Shown: positions 28,338 to 38,540, counted from the whole stretch's first letter. The stretch: DNA of 63,690 nucleotides, filler included, from Thermodesulfobacteriota bacterium (GCA_036381125.1; 6 parts of 6 records of this genome joined end to end with filler, not necessarily neighbours in it), one strand, 5' to 3'. Notes: generated by a model from the letters alone, not told the origin. Translations and numbers: made by a program.

Positions 28338-29387
28338 TCACGTGGCTCGGGACGATCGCGCGAAGTCGGGTATCCGGAAGCGCCTCCGGTAGGCGCCGGG
28401 CGTGAGCCCCGTCGTGCGCTTGAAGAGGCGCCGGAAGAACGCCGGTTCCTCGTAGCCGACCTGCCAGCCGATCTCGTCGACCGGGGCCGTCGTCCGCTCG
28501 AGCCTCCGCTTGGCCTCCTCGATCCGGAGCCGCTGGACGTAGGCGATCGGCGTGAGACCGGTCGCGTTCGTGAAGCGACGTTTGAACGTGCTCTCGGCCA
28601 GGCGGGAGCGCTTGATCATCTCCTCGACCGGGCTCGCGACCGAGAAGTGGGTGCTCAGCCACTCCTGCGCGGCGAGGATCTCGGCGTCGCCGTGGTCGGT
28701 CCTCCCCTCGAACACGAGGTAGGGGGCGAGGCCGTCCTGGTGCCACTGCAGCGCGAAGGCGCGGGCGACCGCCTGCGCCGCGGTCGAGCCGGCGTAGCGG
28801 GCGATGAGATAGAGGACGAGGTCGTGCCAGGTCATCGAGGCGCCTGAGCTGACCAGTTCCTGGCGAAGGCCGGAAACCACCAGCACGCGTTCCGGATGGA
28901 TCGGGACGGCCGGGTAGGTCGCCGCGAATGCCCGCGCGTAGCCGTAATGGACCGTCGCGTCTTTTCCGTCGAAGAGGCCGGTCTCGGCGAGCAGGAAGAT
29001 GCCGGAGCACGCGGAGCAGAGCACGGCCCCGCGCCGGTGCATGGCGAGGAACCACTCGACGAGCCGGGGGTACCGGCCCGTGCGCCAGCCTCCCGGTCCG
29101 AGCAGGATCGAGGGGACGATGACGATGTCGGTCGCCGCGATCTCCTCGATGCTGCGCTGGACGTTGACCGGGATGCGGCTCGCCAGGACGAGCGCGCCGG
29201 CGGCCTCGCCGACGATCTCGACGCGGAACGGCGCGGGGCCGGACCAGCCCGCGTCGGAAGCGGCCATCATGTCGAAGGCGTTCATGATGTCGTAGACGCC
29301 GCTCAGCGTCGAGATCACGGCATCGGGGATGGCGACGAGGCTGACGGACAGCGGCGCCGATCCGGGAGCCACCGGTTCGCGGGGCAT
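28338..29387 (-). CDS. GlxA-family transcriptional regulator (DJ-1/PfpI + AraC HTH)
   Basis: SACSGIFLLAETGLFDGKDATVH; C-terminal FKRRF..TP..YVQRLRIEEAKR..VGYEE..FRRLFKR. Confidence 0.93.
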   Translation of the reverse strand: MPREPVAPGSAPLSVSLVAIPDAVISTLSGVYDIMNAFDMMAASDAGWSGPAPFRVEIVGEAAGALVLASRIPVNVQRSIEEIAATDIVIVPSILLGPGGWRTGRYPRLVEWFLAMHRRGAVLCSACSGIFLLAETGLFDGKDATVHYGYARAFAATYPAVPIHPERVLVVSGLRQELVSSGASMTWHDLVLYLIARYAGSTAAQAVARAFALQWHQDGLAPYLVFEGRTDHGDAEILAAQEWLSTHFSVASPVEEMIKRSRLAESTFKRRFTNATGLTPIAYVQRLRIEEAKRRLERTTAPVDEIGWQVGYEEPAFFRRLFKRTTGLTPGAYRRRFRIPDFARSSRAT

Positions 29388-29605
29388 CGTCCGGCCCCCC
29401 TCCTGTTGCGGACGCCGTCGAGCGGCCGGCGCCGACGCCCGGGCCCGCGCTCGCGCCTCGGCCGGGAGGCCAAGGGGCCGGGGGGCGTCGAATCGACGCA
29501 AATGAACCGGTTTCGAGTCGTCCGGCTCTGCCCTCGAGGCGTGGCGACCGCGATCATACCTCCAGCGACGGGATGATCCCGCCCACGACAGGAGGTATGC
29601 AGGAC

Positions 29606-30688
29606 ATGAGTGCCACAGCGGTCAGCGCGCCCGCGATCGACCAGCGGAAGCTCGACGCGATCCTGGCGATCGCCGTCAACGACCTGTCCGCCGGCTACGG
29701 CGGCGTCATGGTGAGCCTCGGCCACCGGCTCGGCCTCTACAAGGCGATGGCCGGCGCCGGGCCGATCACCCCCCGGGAACTCGCGGCCCGTACGGGGTGC
29801 GCCGAGCGCTACGTGCGCGAGTGGCTGAACGCCCAGGTGGCCGGCGGCTACGTCGGCTTCCATGCGACCAGCGAGACGTACGAGCTCTCCCCCGAACAGG
29901 CCATGGTCCTGGCCGACGAGGACAGCCCGGTCTTCATCCCGAACGCCTGGAACGTGCCGGCGTCCATGTGGTTCGACGAGGACAAGGCGGTCGAGGCCTT
30001 CCGCACCGGCAAGGGCATCGCCTGGGGCGAGCACGACGGGCGGCTCTTCTGCGGCGTCGCGGCCTTCTACCGCAACGCCTATCGCGGCAGCCTCGTCGGG
30101 GAGTGGCTGCCGGCGCTCGACGGCGTGATCGCGAAGCTCGAGGCGGGGATCACGGTGGCCGACGTCGGCTGCGGGTACGGCCACTCCGCCGTCCTGATGG
30201 CGGAGGCCTTCCCGAGGTCGCGGTTCCACGGCTTCGACGTGCACGAGGCGTCGATCGCCGAGGCGCGCCGCATCGCCAGGGAGGCGGGCGTCGACGACCG
30301 GGTCACCTTCGCGACGGCGCGCGCCACGGACTATCCGGAGAGGGGCTACGACCTCATCTGCTTCTTCGACTGCCTGCACGACCTGGGCGATCCGGTGGCG
30401 GCGGCCCGGCACGCGGCCGAGACGCTCGCACCCGACGGCACGGTGATGCTGGTCGAGCCCTTCGCCAACGACCGGGTGGAGGAGAACGTCTCGCCGGTCG
30501 CGCGGCTCTACTACGCCGCGTCGACGACGCTCTGCTGCGCGCACGCGATCGCCGAGGGGGGGCGGATGGTCCTGGGCGCGCAGGCGGGTGAGGCGAGGCT
30601 CGAGCAGGTGTTCCGCAAGGCCGGCTTCACGCGCTTCCGCCGGGCGGCGACCACGCCGTTCAACCTGATCCTCGAAGCGAGGTTGTGA
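29606..30688 (+). CDS. SAM-dependent methyltransferase with N-terminal winged helix (Rv2258c-like)
   Basis: GHRLGLY..ELAARTG..ERYVREWL, VADVGCGYG, FDCLHDLGDP, LGAQAGE, TPFNLILE. Confidence 0.92.
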   Translation: MSATAVSAPAIDQRKLDAILAIAVNDLSAGYGGVMVSLGHRLGLYKAMAGAGPITPRELAARTGCAERYVREWLNAQVAGGYVGFHATSETYELSPEQAMVLADEDSPVFIPNAWNVPASMWFDEDKAVEAFRTGKGIAWGEHDGRLFCGVAAFYRNAYRGSLVGEWLPALDGVIAKLEAGITVADVGCGYGHSAVLMAEAFPRSRFHGFDVHEASIAEARRIAREAGVDDRVTFATARATDYPERGYDLICFFDCLHDLGDPVAAARHAAETLAPDGTVMLVEPFANDRVEENVSPVARLYYAASTTLCCAHAIAEGGRMVLGAQAGEARLEQVFRKAGFTRFRRAATTPFNLILEARL

Positions 30689-30697
30689 CGGCGTTCA

Positions 30698-30753
30698 TGA
30701 CCCCCGGGGTCAGGTCTTTCCATTTTCCAGGGGGTCAGGTCTTTCCGTTTTCC
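30698..30753 (+). repeat. Two tandem GGGGTCAGGTCTTTCC repeats (same family as 8428-8517)
   Basis: Perfect copy 30706-30730, variant 30731-30753; palindrome TGACCCC-C-GGGGTCA at 30698-30712. Confidence 0.9.
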
Positions 30754-30881
30754 GCGGGGGGCACACGCCGGGGTCCGATCCCCCGCGTGTTCCACGGGCC
30801 GTAGCCGCCCCCCGCGCCTCACTCGACCCGGAGCCGCCCCGGCTGCCGATCCGCACGCCGAGCCAGGGGTCGGAGCGGGTC

Positions 30882-31250
30882 GGGCGCGGGAGCGGCACGA
30901 TCGCCCTCGCGCAGCTCACGCGCGAGAAGGGCGACCCGACCGCGCTCCTCGTGAGCGGCCTCGCCATGGTCACCGGGATCCTGCAGACCGGGTCGCCGGT
31001 GACGCTGAAGGACGTGACGCCGCTCGCCCGCCTGACCTCGGAGTGGCAGGTTCTCGCGGTGCCGGCCTCGTCCGACATCAAGTCGGTGCAGGACCTCGTG
31101 GCCCGCTTCAAGGCGAATCCGGGCGCGGTCTCGTGGGGCGGCGGCGCGGCCGGGAGCGCCGACCACGTGACGGTCGGCCTCTTCGCCCGGGCGATCGAGG
31201 TCGATCCGACCAGGATCAACTACGTCGCGCACTCGGGCGGCGGGTGGCAG
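30882..31250 (+). pseudogene. Internal fragment of a TctC (Bug family) gene
   Basis: GTIALAQL..SPVTLKDVTPLARLTSEW..SWGGGAAGSADH..NYVAHSGGG; lacks both termini. Confidence 0.8.
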
Positions 31251-31273
31251 GGGCTGACGAGCGCGCCGCGGCC

Positions 31274-31795
31274 TCAGTCCGTCATCCGGACGAACCACAC
31301 CCCCTCGTGGCAGTAGAAGACCGCCCCCGCGGTCTCGTGCTCGGAGCGGATCGCGGGGTGGCGCCGGCGCGCGCCCTTGCCCGGCCGCCTCGCGCGGTGG
31401 TCGAGCGGCACGAAGCCGTCGAGCGTGGCCGTGTCGTCGACCTCGATCGACAGGCCGCCGATTCGATCGCCCCACTCGATGTGGTCGGCGCAGCGGGCAA
31501 GCTCGTGCCGCCGGTCCTTGAACATCAGCATGAGCCGGAAGGCCGGCCGCTCCCTGGGGCCGGTCTCGCACCAGTAGGCGGCGCTCTGCTCGGCCGGGCC
31601 CGGCACGTAGCCGTAGACGAAGGGTCGCCCGATCACGCCCTCGCGCCCCTCGAAGTCGGTCACCTCCCGGCAGCCGTGCAGGCGTGCATGCTCGACCAGC
31701 TCCTGCGGCAGGGCGGCGTCGTCGGCCCGGACAGGGCCGGCAAGCGCCGTCGCGGCCAGGAGCCAGAACGTGGCGACCATCACGCGGGAGCCCAT
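31274..31795 (-). CDS. Hypothetical secreted protein
   Basis: Signal peptide (ALAGPVRA), four Cys, GGAGG RBS, GC3-biased codons. Confidence 0.7.
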   Translation of the reverse strand: MGSRVMVATFWLLAATALAGPVRADDAALPQELVEHARLHGCREVTDFEGREGVIGRPFVYGYVPGPAEQSAAYWCETGPRERPAFRLMLMFKDRRHELARCADHIEWGDRIGGLSIEVDDTATLDGFVPLDHRARRPGKGARRRHPAIRSEHETAGAVFYCHEGVWFVRMTD

Positions 31796-31911
31796 GCGCC
31801 ACCTCCGTCGTCGCGGTCCGAGGGCTTATCGGGGAACTCGACGGCGATGTCAAGAGGTGTCGGCACCCGCCGGCGGGAGGAGGAGAAGGAGGGGGGCGGC
31901 CGCCCCGTCGG

Positions 31912-32110
31912 TCAGGGGCGCCAGGCGGGAAAGCCGCCGCGGGTCGCCTCCACGTCGACGGCCCCGGAGGCGACGACGTGGCCGGTGCCGTCGGGGCTCC
32001 AGGCCAGGCCCGGCACGTGCGCGGCGTCCAGGGCTTCGCTCGCGATGACGGGCGTGAGCCCCGTCCGGTCGCTCCGGACCGGGTAGGGCGGCTTCGTGGC
32101 CCTGGCGAAG
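31912..32110 (-). pseudogene. Remnant of a TolB/PD40-repeat gene
   Basis: GLAWSPDG and terminal GGFPAWRP motifs, no credible N-terminus. Confidence 0.5.
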
Positions 32111-32218
32111 CTTTTCTGTTGCGGGCGCGACGAGATCGGGTTAGGTAGCCCGCCCGGTTCGTGCGACCGATCACCGGTCCGCCTCGGGCCGGCAGCCTGG
32201 TTCCCTCTGGAGGGACAC

Positions 32219-33364
32219 ATGGACACGAAGGCGATACGACGCTCGCGGTACGTCCATGTCGCCGCGCTCGCGACGCTCCTCGCCGCCTGCGGCGGCGGAG
32301 GGGACACCGTTTCCCCGCAACCGGAGACTCTCCCCGTCCGCGCCTGGGGCGGTGCCGAGGTGCTGGCGACCGACGCGGCGGACCACTACACGTCCACCTC
32401 GATCGCCCGGGTGGGGATCGACGACGCCGGCAGGGCTGAGGTCGTCTGGGTGAAGAGCGGCACCTTTCACCTCGAGGGCCGGCGGTACGCGGCCGGGCAG
32501 TGGGGGGCGGTCGAGACGCTGGCCTCCGCCGCGGTGACGCAGCCCGCGCTGGCGATGGCCGGAACGGGCGATGCGATGGTCACCTGGATCGAGGACATCG
32601 ACTCCTCGACCGGAAGCCTCCACGCGCGGCGCTACGGCGCCGCGTCCGACCAGTGGGAGCCGCGTGAGACAGTCCGCGCCGCGAACGTCCGCAGGTCCCT
32701 GGATCACGCGCCCCGGGTCGCCATGGCCGCCGGCGGCGACGCCCAGGTCGTCTGGAACGACACCGAGGGCGGAGACCACGCCGCGGCGAGGCGCCACGCG
32801 GGGGGGCAGTGGGAGGAGGCGGTCGAGCTCGCCACCCAGCAGATGTTCTCCCCGCACCTCGTGATGAATCGGCGGGGCGACGCGGCGCTCGGGTCCTTCC
32901 GCTTCGGAGGGATCTACGTCCAGCGCGCCGGCGCCGCCGGCCCGTGGGGCGCGCCGGAGGAGATGCGCTGGGGCGATGTCTCATACAGCGGCGTCCGGAC
33001 GCCGCAGGTCGCCATCGACGCGACGGGCGACGTCGTGGCGCTCTGGCTGCAGGACGCGCCCACGATCGTCAGCCTCCTGGCCCGGCGCTACGACGCGGCC
33101 GCCGGGCACTGGGAGGCCGCGGAGGCGCTCGTGGACGACGCCGACGTGAACCTCCCCCGGCTCGCCGGCAGCGCCTCGGGCGCCACCGCAGCGGTCTGGC
33201 TGCAGTGGGACGGCTCGGGCTACTCCCTGAAGTCGAGGCGGACGGTGGGCGCGCTCTTCCTGCCGCAGCTCGCGATGAACCGCGAAGGCGAGGCGGTGGC
33301 CATCTGGCTCGAGGACGAGGGTGTGGCGGACGCGCTGACCCTCGTCGCCAGACGGTACCAGTAG
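32219..33364 (+). CDS. Lipoprotein with Trp-rich tandem repeats (similar to 20682-22118)
   Basis: LLAAC lipobox; repeats P.(V/L)A...GDA...W.......RRY....W. Confidence 0.8.
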   Translation: MDTKAIRRSRYVHVAALATLLAACGGGGDTVSPQPETLPVRAWGGAEVLATDAADHYTSTSIARVGIDDAGRAEVVWVKSGTFHLEGRRYAAGQWGAVETLASAAVTQPALAMAGTGDAMVTWIEDIDSSTGSLHARRYGAASDQWEPRETVRAANVRRSLDHAPRVAMAAGGDAQVVWNDTEGGDHAAARRHAGGQWEEAVELATQQMFSPHLVMNRRGDAALGSFRFGGIYVQRAGAAGPWGAPEEMRWGDVSYSGVRTPQVAIDATGDVVALWLQDAPTIVSLLARRYDAAAGHWEAAEALVDDADVNLPRLAGSASGATAAVWLQWDGSGYSLKSRRTVGALFLPQLAMNREGEAVAIWLEDEGVADALTLVARRYQ

Positions 33365-33397
33365 CGGCGGCGGCCCCCGGTCGCTCGGGGCCGCTCG

Positions 33398-34396
33398 CTA
33401 CCGCCAGTCGGCGACGGTGCCGGGCCCGAGCACGACGGGGTTCGACCCGTCCAGGTCGATGACGACGACCTCGGGATCGGCGCCGGTCTCCGTCGCGGCT
33501 CGCGTGAAGGCGACGCGGCGGCCGTCGGGGCTCACGACCGGGCCGAACTCCTCGGCGGGGTCGCGCGTGAGGGGCTCGAGCGAGGCAGCGTCGGCGCCCA
33601 TCCGGTAGACGTTGCTGTTCGGCGGCTCGTCGTCGTAGTCGTGGGCCGCGTAGACGACGCCGGTGCCGTCCGGGGTGAAGGCCTTCGCGCCCGCGGACTG
33701 GTCGCCGCCGAAGGGGACCGAGGTGCCGACGAGCCGGCCCTCGAGGTCGAACAGCCAGACCCCTTCCTCGCCGAGGTGCGACACGGCCACGCGGTCGCCG
33801 CGGGGGCCGAAGACCGGGTCGGTGCACGCGCCGCAGCCGGTGAGGGGCCGCGACTCCCCCCCCGCCGCCGGGACGAGGTGCACCTGCCCGTCGCGCGCCG
33901 AGGCGAAGGCGACGAGGCGGCCGTCGGGGCTGAAGGCGGGGTCGGTGTCGGCGTCCGGATGGTTCGTCAGGTTGCGGAGCCCCGAGCCGTCGACGCCGAC
34001 GAGGTAGACCTCCTCGTTGCCATCCCGATCGGAGACGAAGGCGACCTGGAGGCCGTCCGGGCCGAAGACCGGGTCGCGATCGCCCGCCGCGTGCCGCGAG
34101 AGGTTCACCTCGCCGCCGCTGTCCGCGCCGATCACGAAGACGTCCCCGGCCCGGACGAAGGCCACCATCCGGCCGTCGGGGCTGAAGACCGGGGCCGACT
34201 CCGGCTCCGGCGTGTCGGTGAGGCGGGCGAGCCCGGTGCCGTCCGGGGCGACCGTGTAGATGTCGCCGTCGCGGACGAGGAGGAGGCGCTCGGCGGCAGG
34301 CGCCGGCGCCTCGCTCGCGACCGCCGGGGACGAGGCCGATCCGCACCCCTGGACGAGGAGAGCGAGAGCGAGGACACACGGAATGGGCTTGGTCAT
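33398..34396 (-). CDS. TolB-like PD40 (WD40-like) beta-propeller lipoprotein
   Basis: VQGC lipobox; repeated P.FSPDGR.VAF, SDRDGNEEVY. Confidence 0.88.
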   Translation of the reverse strand: MTKPIPCVLALALLVQGCGSASSPAVASEAPAPAAERLLLVRDGDIYTVAPDGTGLARLTDTPEPESAPVFSPDGRMVAFVRAGDVFVIGADSGGEVNLSRHAAGDRDPVFGPDGLQVAFVSDRDGNEEVYLVGVDGSGLRNLTNHPDADTDPAFSPDGRLVAFASARDGQVHLVPAAGGESRPLTGCGACTDPVFGPRGDRVAVSHLGEEGVWLFDLEGRLVGTSVPFGGDQSAGAKAFTPDGTGVVYAAHDYDDEPPNSNVYRMGADAASLEPLTRDPAEEFGPVVSPDGRRVAFTRAATETGADPEVVVIDLDGSNPVVLGPGTVADWR

Positions 34397-34517
34397 ACCC
34401 CGAGCGAGTTGCATCCGGTGGGCCGGCGCGCCGTGAGACGGCGCGCCTCGACGCGCGAGGAGCGGGGACGGAGGGCCTGCCTGCCGCCGGCGAGGGGGAA
34501 GGCGTTACACTTGCGCC

Positions 34518-34964
34518 ATGTCGTCGCTCCAACCCCTCTTCGAGGTCCCCACGATCGGTCGGGTCGCGCGCGTGATGTGGCTCGTCCTGCGGCTGCGGTG
34601 CCCGGCCTGCGGGCTCGGCCCGCTCTCGGACGGTCCCTTCCGCATGCGGGCGCGCTGCAGCGCCTGCCACGTCGCGTTCGAGCGGCTGCCGGGTGAGTTC
34701 ACGGGCGGCATGGGCCTCAACTCCCTCGTCACCTGCTCCGGCATCGCCGCGCTCAGCATCTGGGTCGGCGTCGCCCGGGTGCCGTACGGCCTCTGGCTGG
34801 TCGCGCTCTTCGCCGCGGTCTTCCCGATCGCCTTCTACCGCCACTCGCGGGCGCTCTGGATCGGCATCATCCACATCGCCGGCTTCGTCCACCGCGACGA
34901 GGGGGCCGACCCCGAACCGGTCGTCCGGCCGTGGCCGGAGGAGCGGTCGGGGCGCGGCGCCTGA
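34518..34964 (+). CDS. DUF983-like protein
   Basis: RCPACGLGPL..CSAC..ER.PG followed by two TM helices. Confidence 0.75.
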   Translation: MSSLQPLFEVPTIGRVARVMWLVLRLRCPACGLGPLSDGPFRMRARCSACHVAFERLPGEFTGGMGLNSLVTCSGIAALSIWVGVARVPYGLWLVALFAAVFPIAFYRHSRALWIGIIHIAGFVHRDEGADPEPVVRPWPEERSGRGA

Positions 34965-35133
34965 GACCTCCCGGCCGCAAACCGCGCGCGCCTCGAGCGG
35001 GGAGGCCCCCCGTCCGAGCGGGGCGCGGGCCCTGCCCGGGTGCGCCGGGCCGCCGGTCGGGGCCGCCCGGCGGGGCTCCGGCCGGGAACGGGACGCTCGC
35101 GTCTCCGTGGACGGTGTTCTACGATGGCGGCCG

Positions 35134-35976
35134 ATGCGTGCCATCGATCACCTGGCCAGGCAGCGACCGGTAGTCGTCCTCGCGCTCTCGCTCGGGTTGG
35201 TGCTCCTCCTCGGCGTCCTCGACCACCTCGCCGGCCCCGAGATCGGCTTCTCGACCTTCCACCTCGTCCCCATCGCGCTCGCCGCCTGGTGCGTCGGCCG
35301 GGACGCGGCGCTCGGCGTCTCGATCGGGAGCGTCTTCGCCCTGGCGGCGGTCGAGCAGGTGTCGCCGCTCCCTGCCGGCCACCCGGCCGTCGCCGTCTGG
35401 AACGCCGCGCTGCACTTCGGCGTCTTCGTCGTGGCGGGGACCTCGCTCGCCGCGCTCCGGCGCGCGACGGACAACGAGCACCGGCTCGCGCGCACCGATC
35501 CGCTCACCGGCCTGGCCAACGCCCGCGCGTTCGCCGAGGCGGCCGAGAGGGAGCTTGCGCGGGCGAGGCGCTACGGAGGGGTGTTCACGGTCGCGTCGCT
35601 CGACATCGACGACTTCAAGGCCGTCAACGACCGCCTCGGGCACGCCGCCGGCGACGTCGTGCTGCGGACCGTGGCCGATGCCGTCCGGGCCAACCTGAGG
35701 GCGGTCGACACCGTGGCGCGCATGGGGGGCGACGAGTTCGCGCTCCTCCTGCCCGAGACCGGGCGCGACCCGGCCGGCATCGTGCTCCGGAAGGTCGTCG
35801 GCGCGCTCGCCGCCGTCACCGCGAAGAACGGCTGGCCGGTCACGGTGAGCGTCGGCGCGGTGAGCTGTTCGAGCCCCACCTCGTCCGTCGAGGAGATCCT
35901 CAAGGTCGCCGACGACCATCTCTACGCCGTCAAGCGCAGCGGCAAGAACGGCATCCGGCAGGTGGTCCTGGGGTAG
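35134..35976 (+). CDS. Membrane-bound diguanylate cyclase (GGDEF)
   Basis: About four TM helices; DPLTGLAN, DIDDFKAVNDRLGHAAGD, RAVD I-site, intact GGDEF. Confidence 0.93.
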   Translation: MRAIDHLARQRPVVVLALSLGLVLLLGVLDHLAGPEIGFSTFHLVPIALAAWCVGRDAALGVSIGSVFALAAVEQVSPLPAGHPAVAVWNAALHFGVFVVAGTSLAALRRATDNEHRLARTDPLTGLANARAFAEAAERELARARRYGGVFTVASLDIDDFKAVNDRLGHAAGDVVLRTVADAVRANLRAVDTVARMGGDEFALLLPETGRDPAGIVLRKVVGALAAVTAKNGWPVTVSVGAVSCSSPTSSVEEILKVADDHLYAVKRSGKNGIRQVVLG

Positions 35977-36088
35977 GGGGGGAGGTCGCCCGGTTCCGGG
36001 TCGACTTCCTGCAGCAGCCGCGCGAGCCGGCAAGCCCCTGCAGGCAGGCGCCGGCTCCTCGTCCGCGCATCGCCCCGCGGAGGACCGG

Positions 36089-38467
36089 ATGACCGACTAC
36101 GAGACGCTCGGCCTCTTCTACCTCGGCCGTCCCTTCGACGTGGAGCGCGGGGCGCCGGGGGAGGGGTTGGTCCTCTACGACTCGCGCGACCTCGTCACCC
36201 ACGCCCTCTGCGTCGGCATGACGGGGAGCGGCAAGACCGGCCTCTGCATCGCGCTCCTCGAGGAGGCGGCGCTCGACGGGATCCCCGCCCTCGTGATCGA
36301 CCCGAAGGGGGACCTCGGCAACCTGCTGCTCACCTTCCCCGAGCTTCGCCCCGAGGACTTCCGGCCCTGGGTGAACGTGGACGACGCCCGCCGCAAGGGG
36401 CTCGACCCGGACGCCTACGCGGCCGAGCAGGCGAAGGCCTGGCGCGAGGGGCTCGCCGCGTGGGGGCAGGACGGCGAGCGGATCCGCCGCCTTCAGGCGG
36501 CGGCCGACTTCGTCGTCTTCACGCCGGGGAGCACGGCCGGGCGGCCGCTCTCGGTCCTCGACTCGTTCGCCGCGCCGCCGGCCGCCGTGCGGGAGGACGA
36601 GGAGCTGCTCCGCGAGCGGATCGCGTCGACGGCGACGAGCCTCCTCGCGCTCCTCGGCGTCGATGCCGACCCGGTGAGGAGCCGCGAGCACGTGCTCCTC
36701 TCGACGATCCTGGCCGAGGCCTGGCGGGCGGGGCGCGACCTCGACCTCGCGGCGCTCGTCGGCCAGATCCGGACGCCGCCGATCGCGAAGCTCGGCGTGA
36801 TCGACCTCGAGTCGGCCTTCCCGGCGAAGGATCGGTTCGAGCTTGCCATGTCGCTCAACACGCTCCTGGCCGCGCCCGGCTTCGCCGCCTGGCTCGAGGG
36901 GGACCCGCTCGACGTGGGCCGCCTCCTCTACACGCCCGAGGGGAAGCCCCGCGTCGCCGTCGTGTCGATCGCGCACCTCTCCGACGCGGAGCGGATGTTC
37001 CTGGTCTCGCTCCTCCTCTCGCAGGTGATCGCGTGGATGCGCGGGCAGGCCGGCACGACGAGCCTGCGCGCGATCGTCTACATGGACGAGATCTTCGGCT
37101 ACTTCCCGCCGGTGGCGAACCCGCCGTCGAAGGGCCCCCTGCTCACCCTGCTCAAGCAGGCGCGCGCCTTCGGCCTCGGCGTCGTCCTCGCCACGCAGAA
37201 CCCGGTCGACCTCGACTACAAGGGCCTCGCCAACTGCGGCACCTGGTTCATCGGGCGGCTGCAGACCGAGCGCGACAGGGCGCGCGTGCTCGACGGGCTC
37301 GAGGGGGCGGCGCCGGCCGGCTTCGACCGCGCCCGGCTCGAGCGGATGCTCTCGTCGCTCGGGCCCCGCATCTTCTACCTGCACAACGTCCACGACGACG
37401 AGCCGACGGTCTTCGAGACCCGCTGGGTGATGTCGTACCTGAGAGGCCCGCTCGCCCGGCCCGAGATCCGCCGGCTCATGGAGGGGCGGCGCGAGACGGC
37501 GCCGGCGGCGACCGGCGCCGCGGCGGCGTCTCCGCCCGGGCCGCCCGGCGGCGGCGCCCGGCCGGTGCTCCCGCCCGAGATCCCGCAGCTCTTCGCTCCG
37601 ATCCGGGGCGCCCGGACGCCCGGGACGGCGGTGACCTACCGCCCGGTTCTGCTCGGCACGGCGCGCGTGCGCTTCGTCGACGCCAGAGCCGGGGTCGACG
37701 TGACCCGGCCGGTCGTCTACGCGGCGCCGCTCGGCGAGGGAGCCCTGGCGGGCGACTGGGAGCGGGCCGAGCCGCTCGACGCGGCCGAGGAGGACCTCGC
37801 GTCGGCGCCCGAGGAGCCGGCTCTCTTCGTCGAGCTGCCCGCGGCCGCCGCGCAGCCGAAGGCGTACGACGCCCGGCGCAAGGCGTTCGCCGCGTGGCTC
37901 CACCGCACCCAGGTGCTGCCGCTCCACCGTCACGCGGCGAGCGGCATCGTCTCGAACCCCGGGGAGGCGGAGCGCGAGTTCCGGATCCGCCTGGCGCAGG
38001 AGGCCCGGGAGCGGCGCGATGCGGCCGTCGAGGCGCTCCGCAAGAGGTACGCCTCGCGGATCGAGGCGCTCGAGGAGCGGATCCGGCGGGCCGATCAGGC
38101 CGTGGCGCGCGAGACCGAGCAGGCGCAGCAGGAGAAGGTCCAGGCGGCGATCTCCATCGGCATGACGCTGCTCGGCTCGTTCCTCGGCCGCAAGCGGGTC
38201 TCGAGCGGGACGATCGGCCGCGCCGGCACGGCGGCGCGCGGCGTCGGGCGGTCGATGCGCCAGGCGGGCGACGTCCGGAGGGCCGAGGCGAGCGCGGCGG
38301 CGCTCCGGCAGGACCTCGCCGAGCTGGAAGCCGAGTTCGAGCGGGAGGCGCAGGCGCTCGAACGCCGGTTCGACGCGGCGTCTGCGCCGATCGAAACGGT
38401 GTCACTCGAGCCGGCCAGGGGCAACGTAGAAGTGCGTGCAGTGGGCCTGGGATGGGTGCCCGTATGA
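36089..38467 (+). CDS. HerA/FtsK-superfamily ATPase (DUF87/DUF853-like)
   Basis: GMTGSGKT, IDPKGD, VYMDEI, QARAFGLGVVLATQNPVDLD; C-terminal coiled coil. Confidence 0.88.
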   Translation: MTDYETLGLFYLGRPFDVERGAPGEGLVLYDSRDLVTHALCVGMTGSGKTGLCIALLEEAALDGIPALVIDPKGDLGNLLLTFPELRPEDFRPWVNVDDARRKGLDPDAYAAEQAKAWREGLAAWGQDGERIRRLQAAADFVVFTPGSTAGRPLSVLDSFAAPPAAVREDEELLRERIASTATSLLALLGVDADPVRSREHVLLSTILAEAWRAGRDLDLAALVGQIRTPPIAKLGVIDLESAFPAKDRFELAMSLNTLLAAPGFAAWLEGDPLDVGRLLYTPEGKPRVAVVSIAHLSDAERMFLVSLLLSQVIAWMRGQAGTTSLRAIVYMDEIFGYFPPVANPPSKGPLLTLLKQARAFGLGVVLATQNPVDLDYKGLANCGTWFIGRLQTERDRARVLDGLEGAAPAGFDRARLERMLSSLGPRIFYLHNVHDDEPTVFETRWVMSYLRGPLARPEIRRLMEGRRETAPAATGAAAASPPGPPGGGARPVLPPEIPQLFAPIRGARTPGTAVTYRPVLLGTARVRFVDARAGVDVTRPVVYAAPLGEGALAGDWERAEPLDAAEEDLASAPEEPALFVELPAAAAQPKAYDARRKAFAAWLHRTQVLPLHRHAASGIVSNPGEAEREFRIRLAQEARERRDAAVEALRKRYASRIEALEERIRRADQAVARETEQAQQEKVQAAISIGMTLLGSFLGRKRVSSGTIGRAGTAARGVGRSMRQAGDVRRAEASAAALRQDLAELEAEFEREAQALERRFDAASAPIETVSLEPARGNVEVRAVGLGWVPV

Positions 38468-38512
38468 GCCGCTAAGGCCGTGGTTTACCGGCAGGCTCAG
38501 GGTATGCCAGGC

Positions 38513-38540
38513 TTGCAATGTGGCCGACCGTCATTAGAAT
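38513..38540 (+). promoter_or_regulatory. Candidate sigma70 promoter for the TRAP operon
   Basis: TTGCAA-N16-TAGAAT in a locally AT-rich stretch. Confidence 0.55.
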
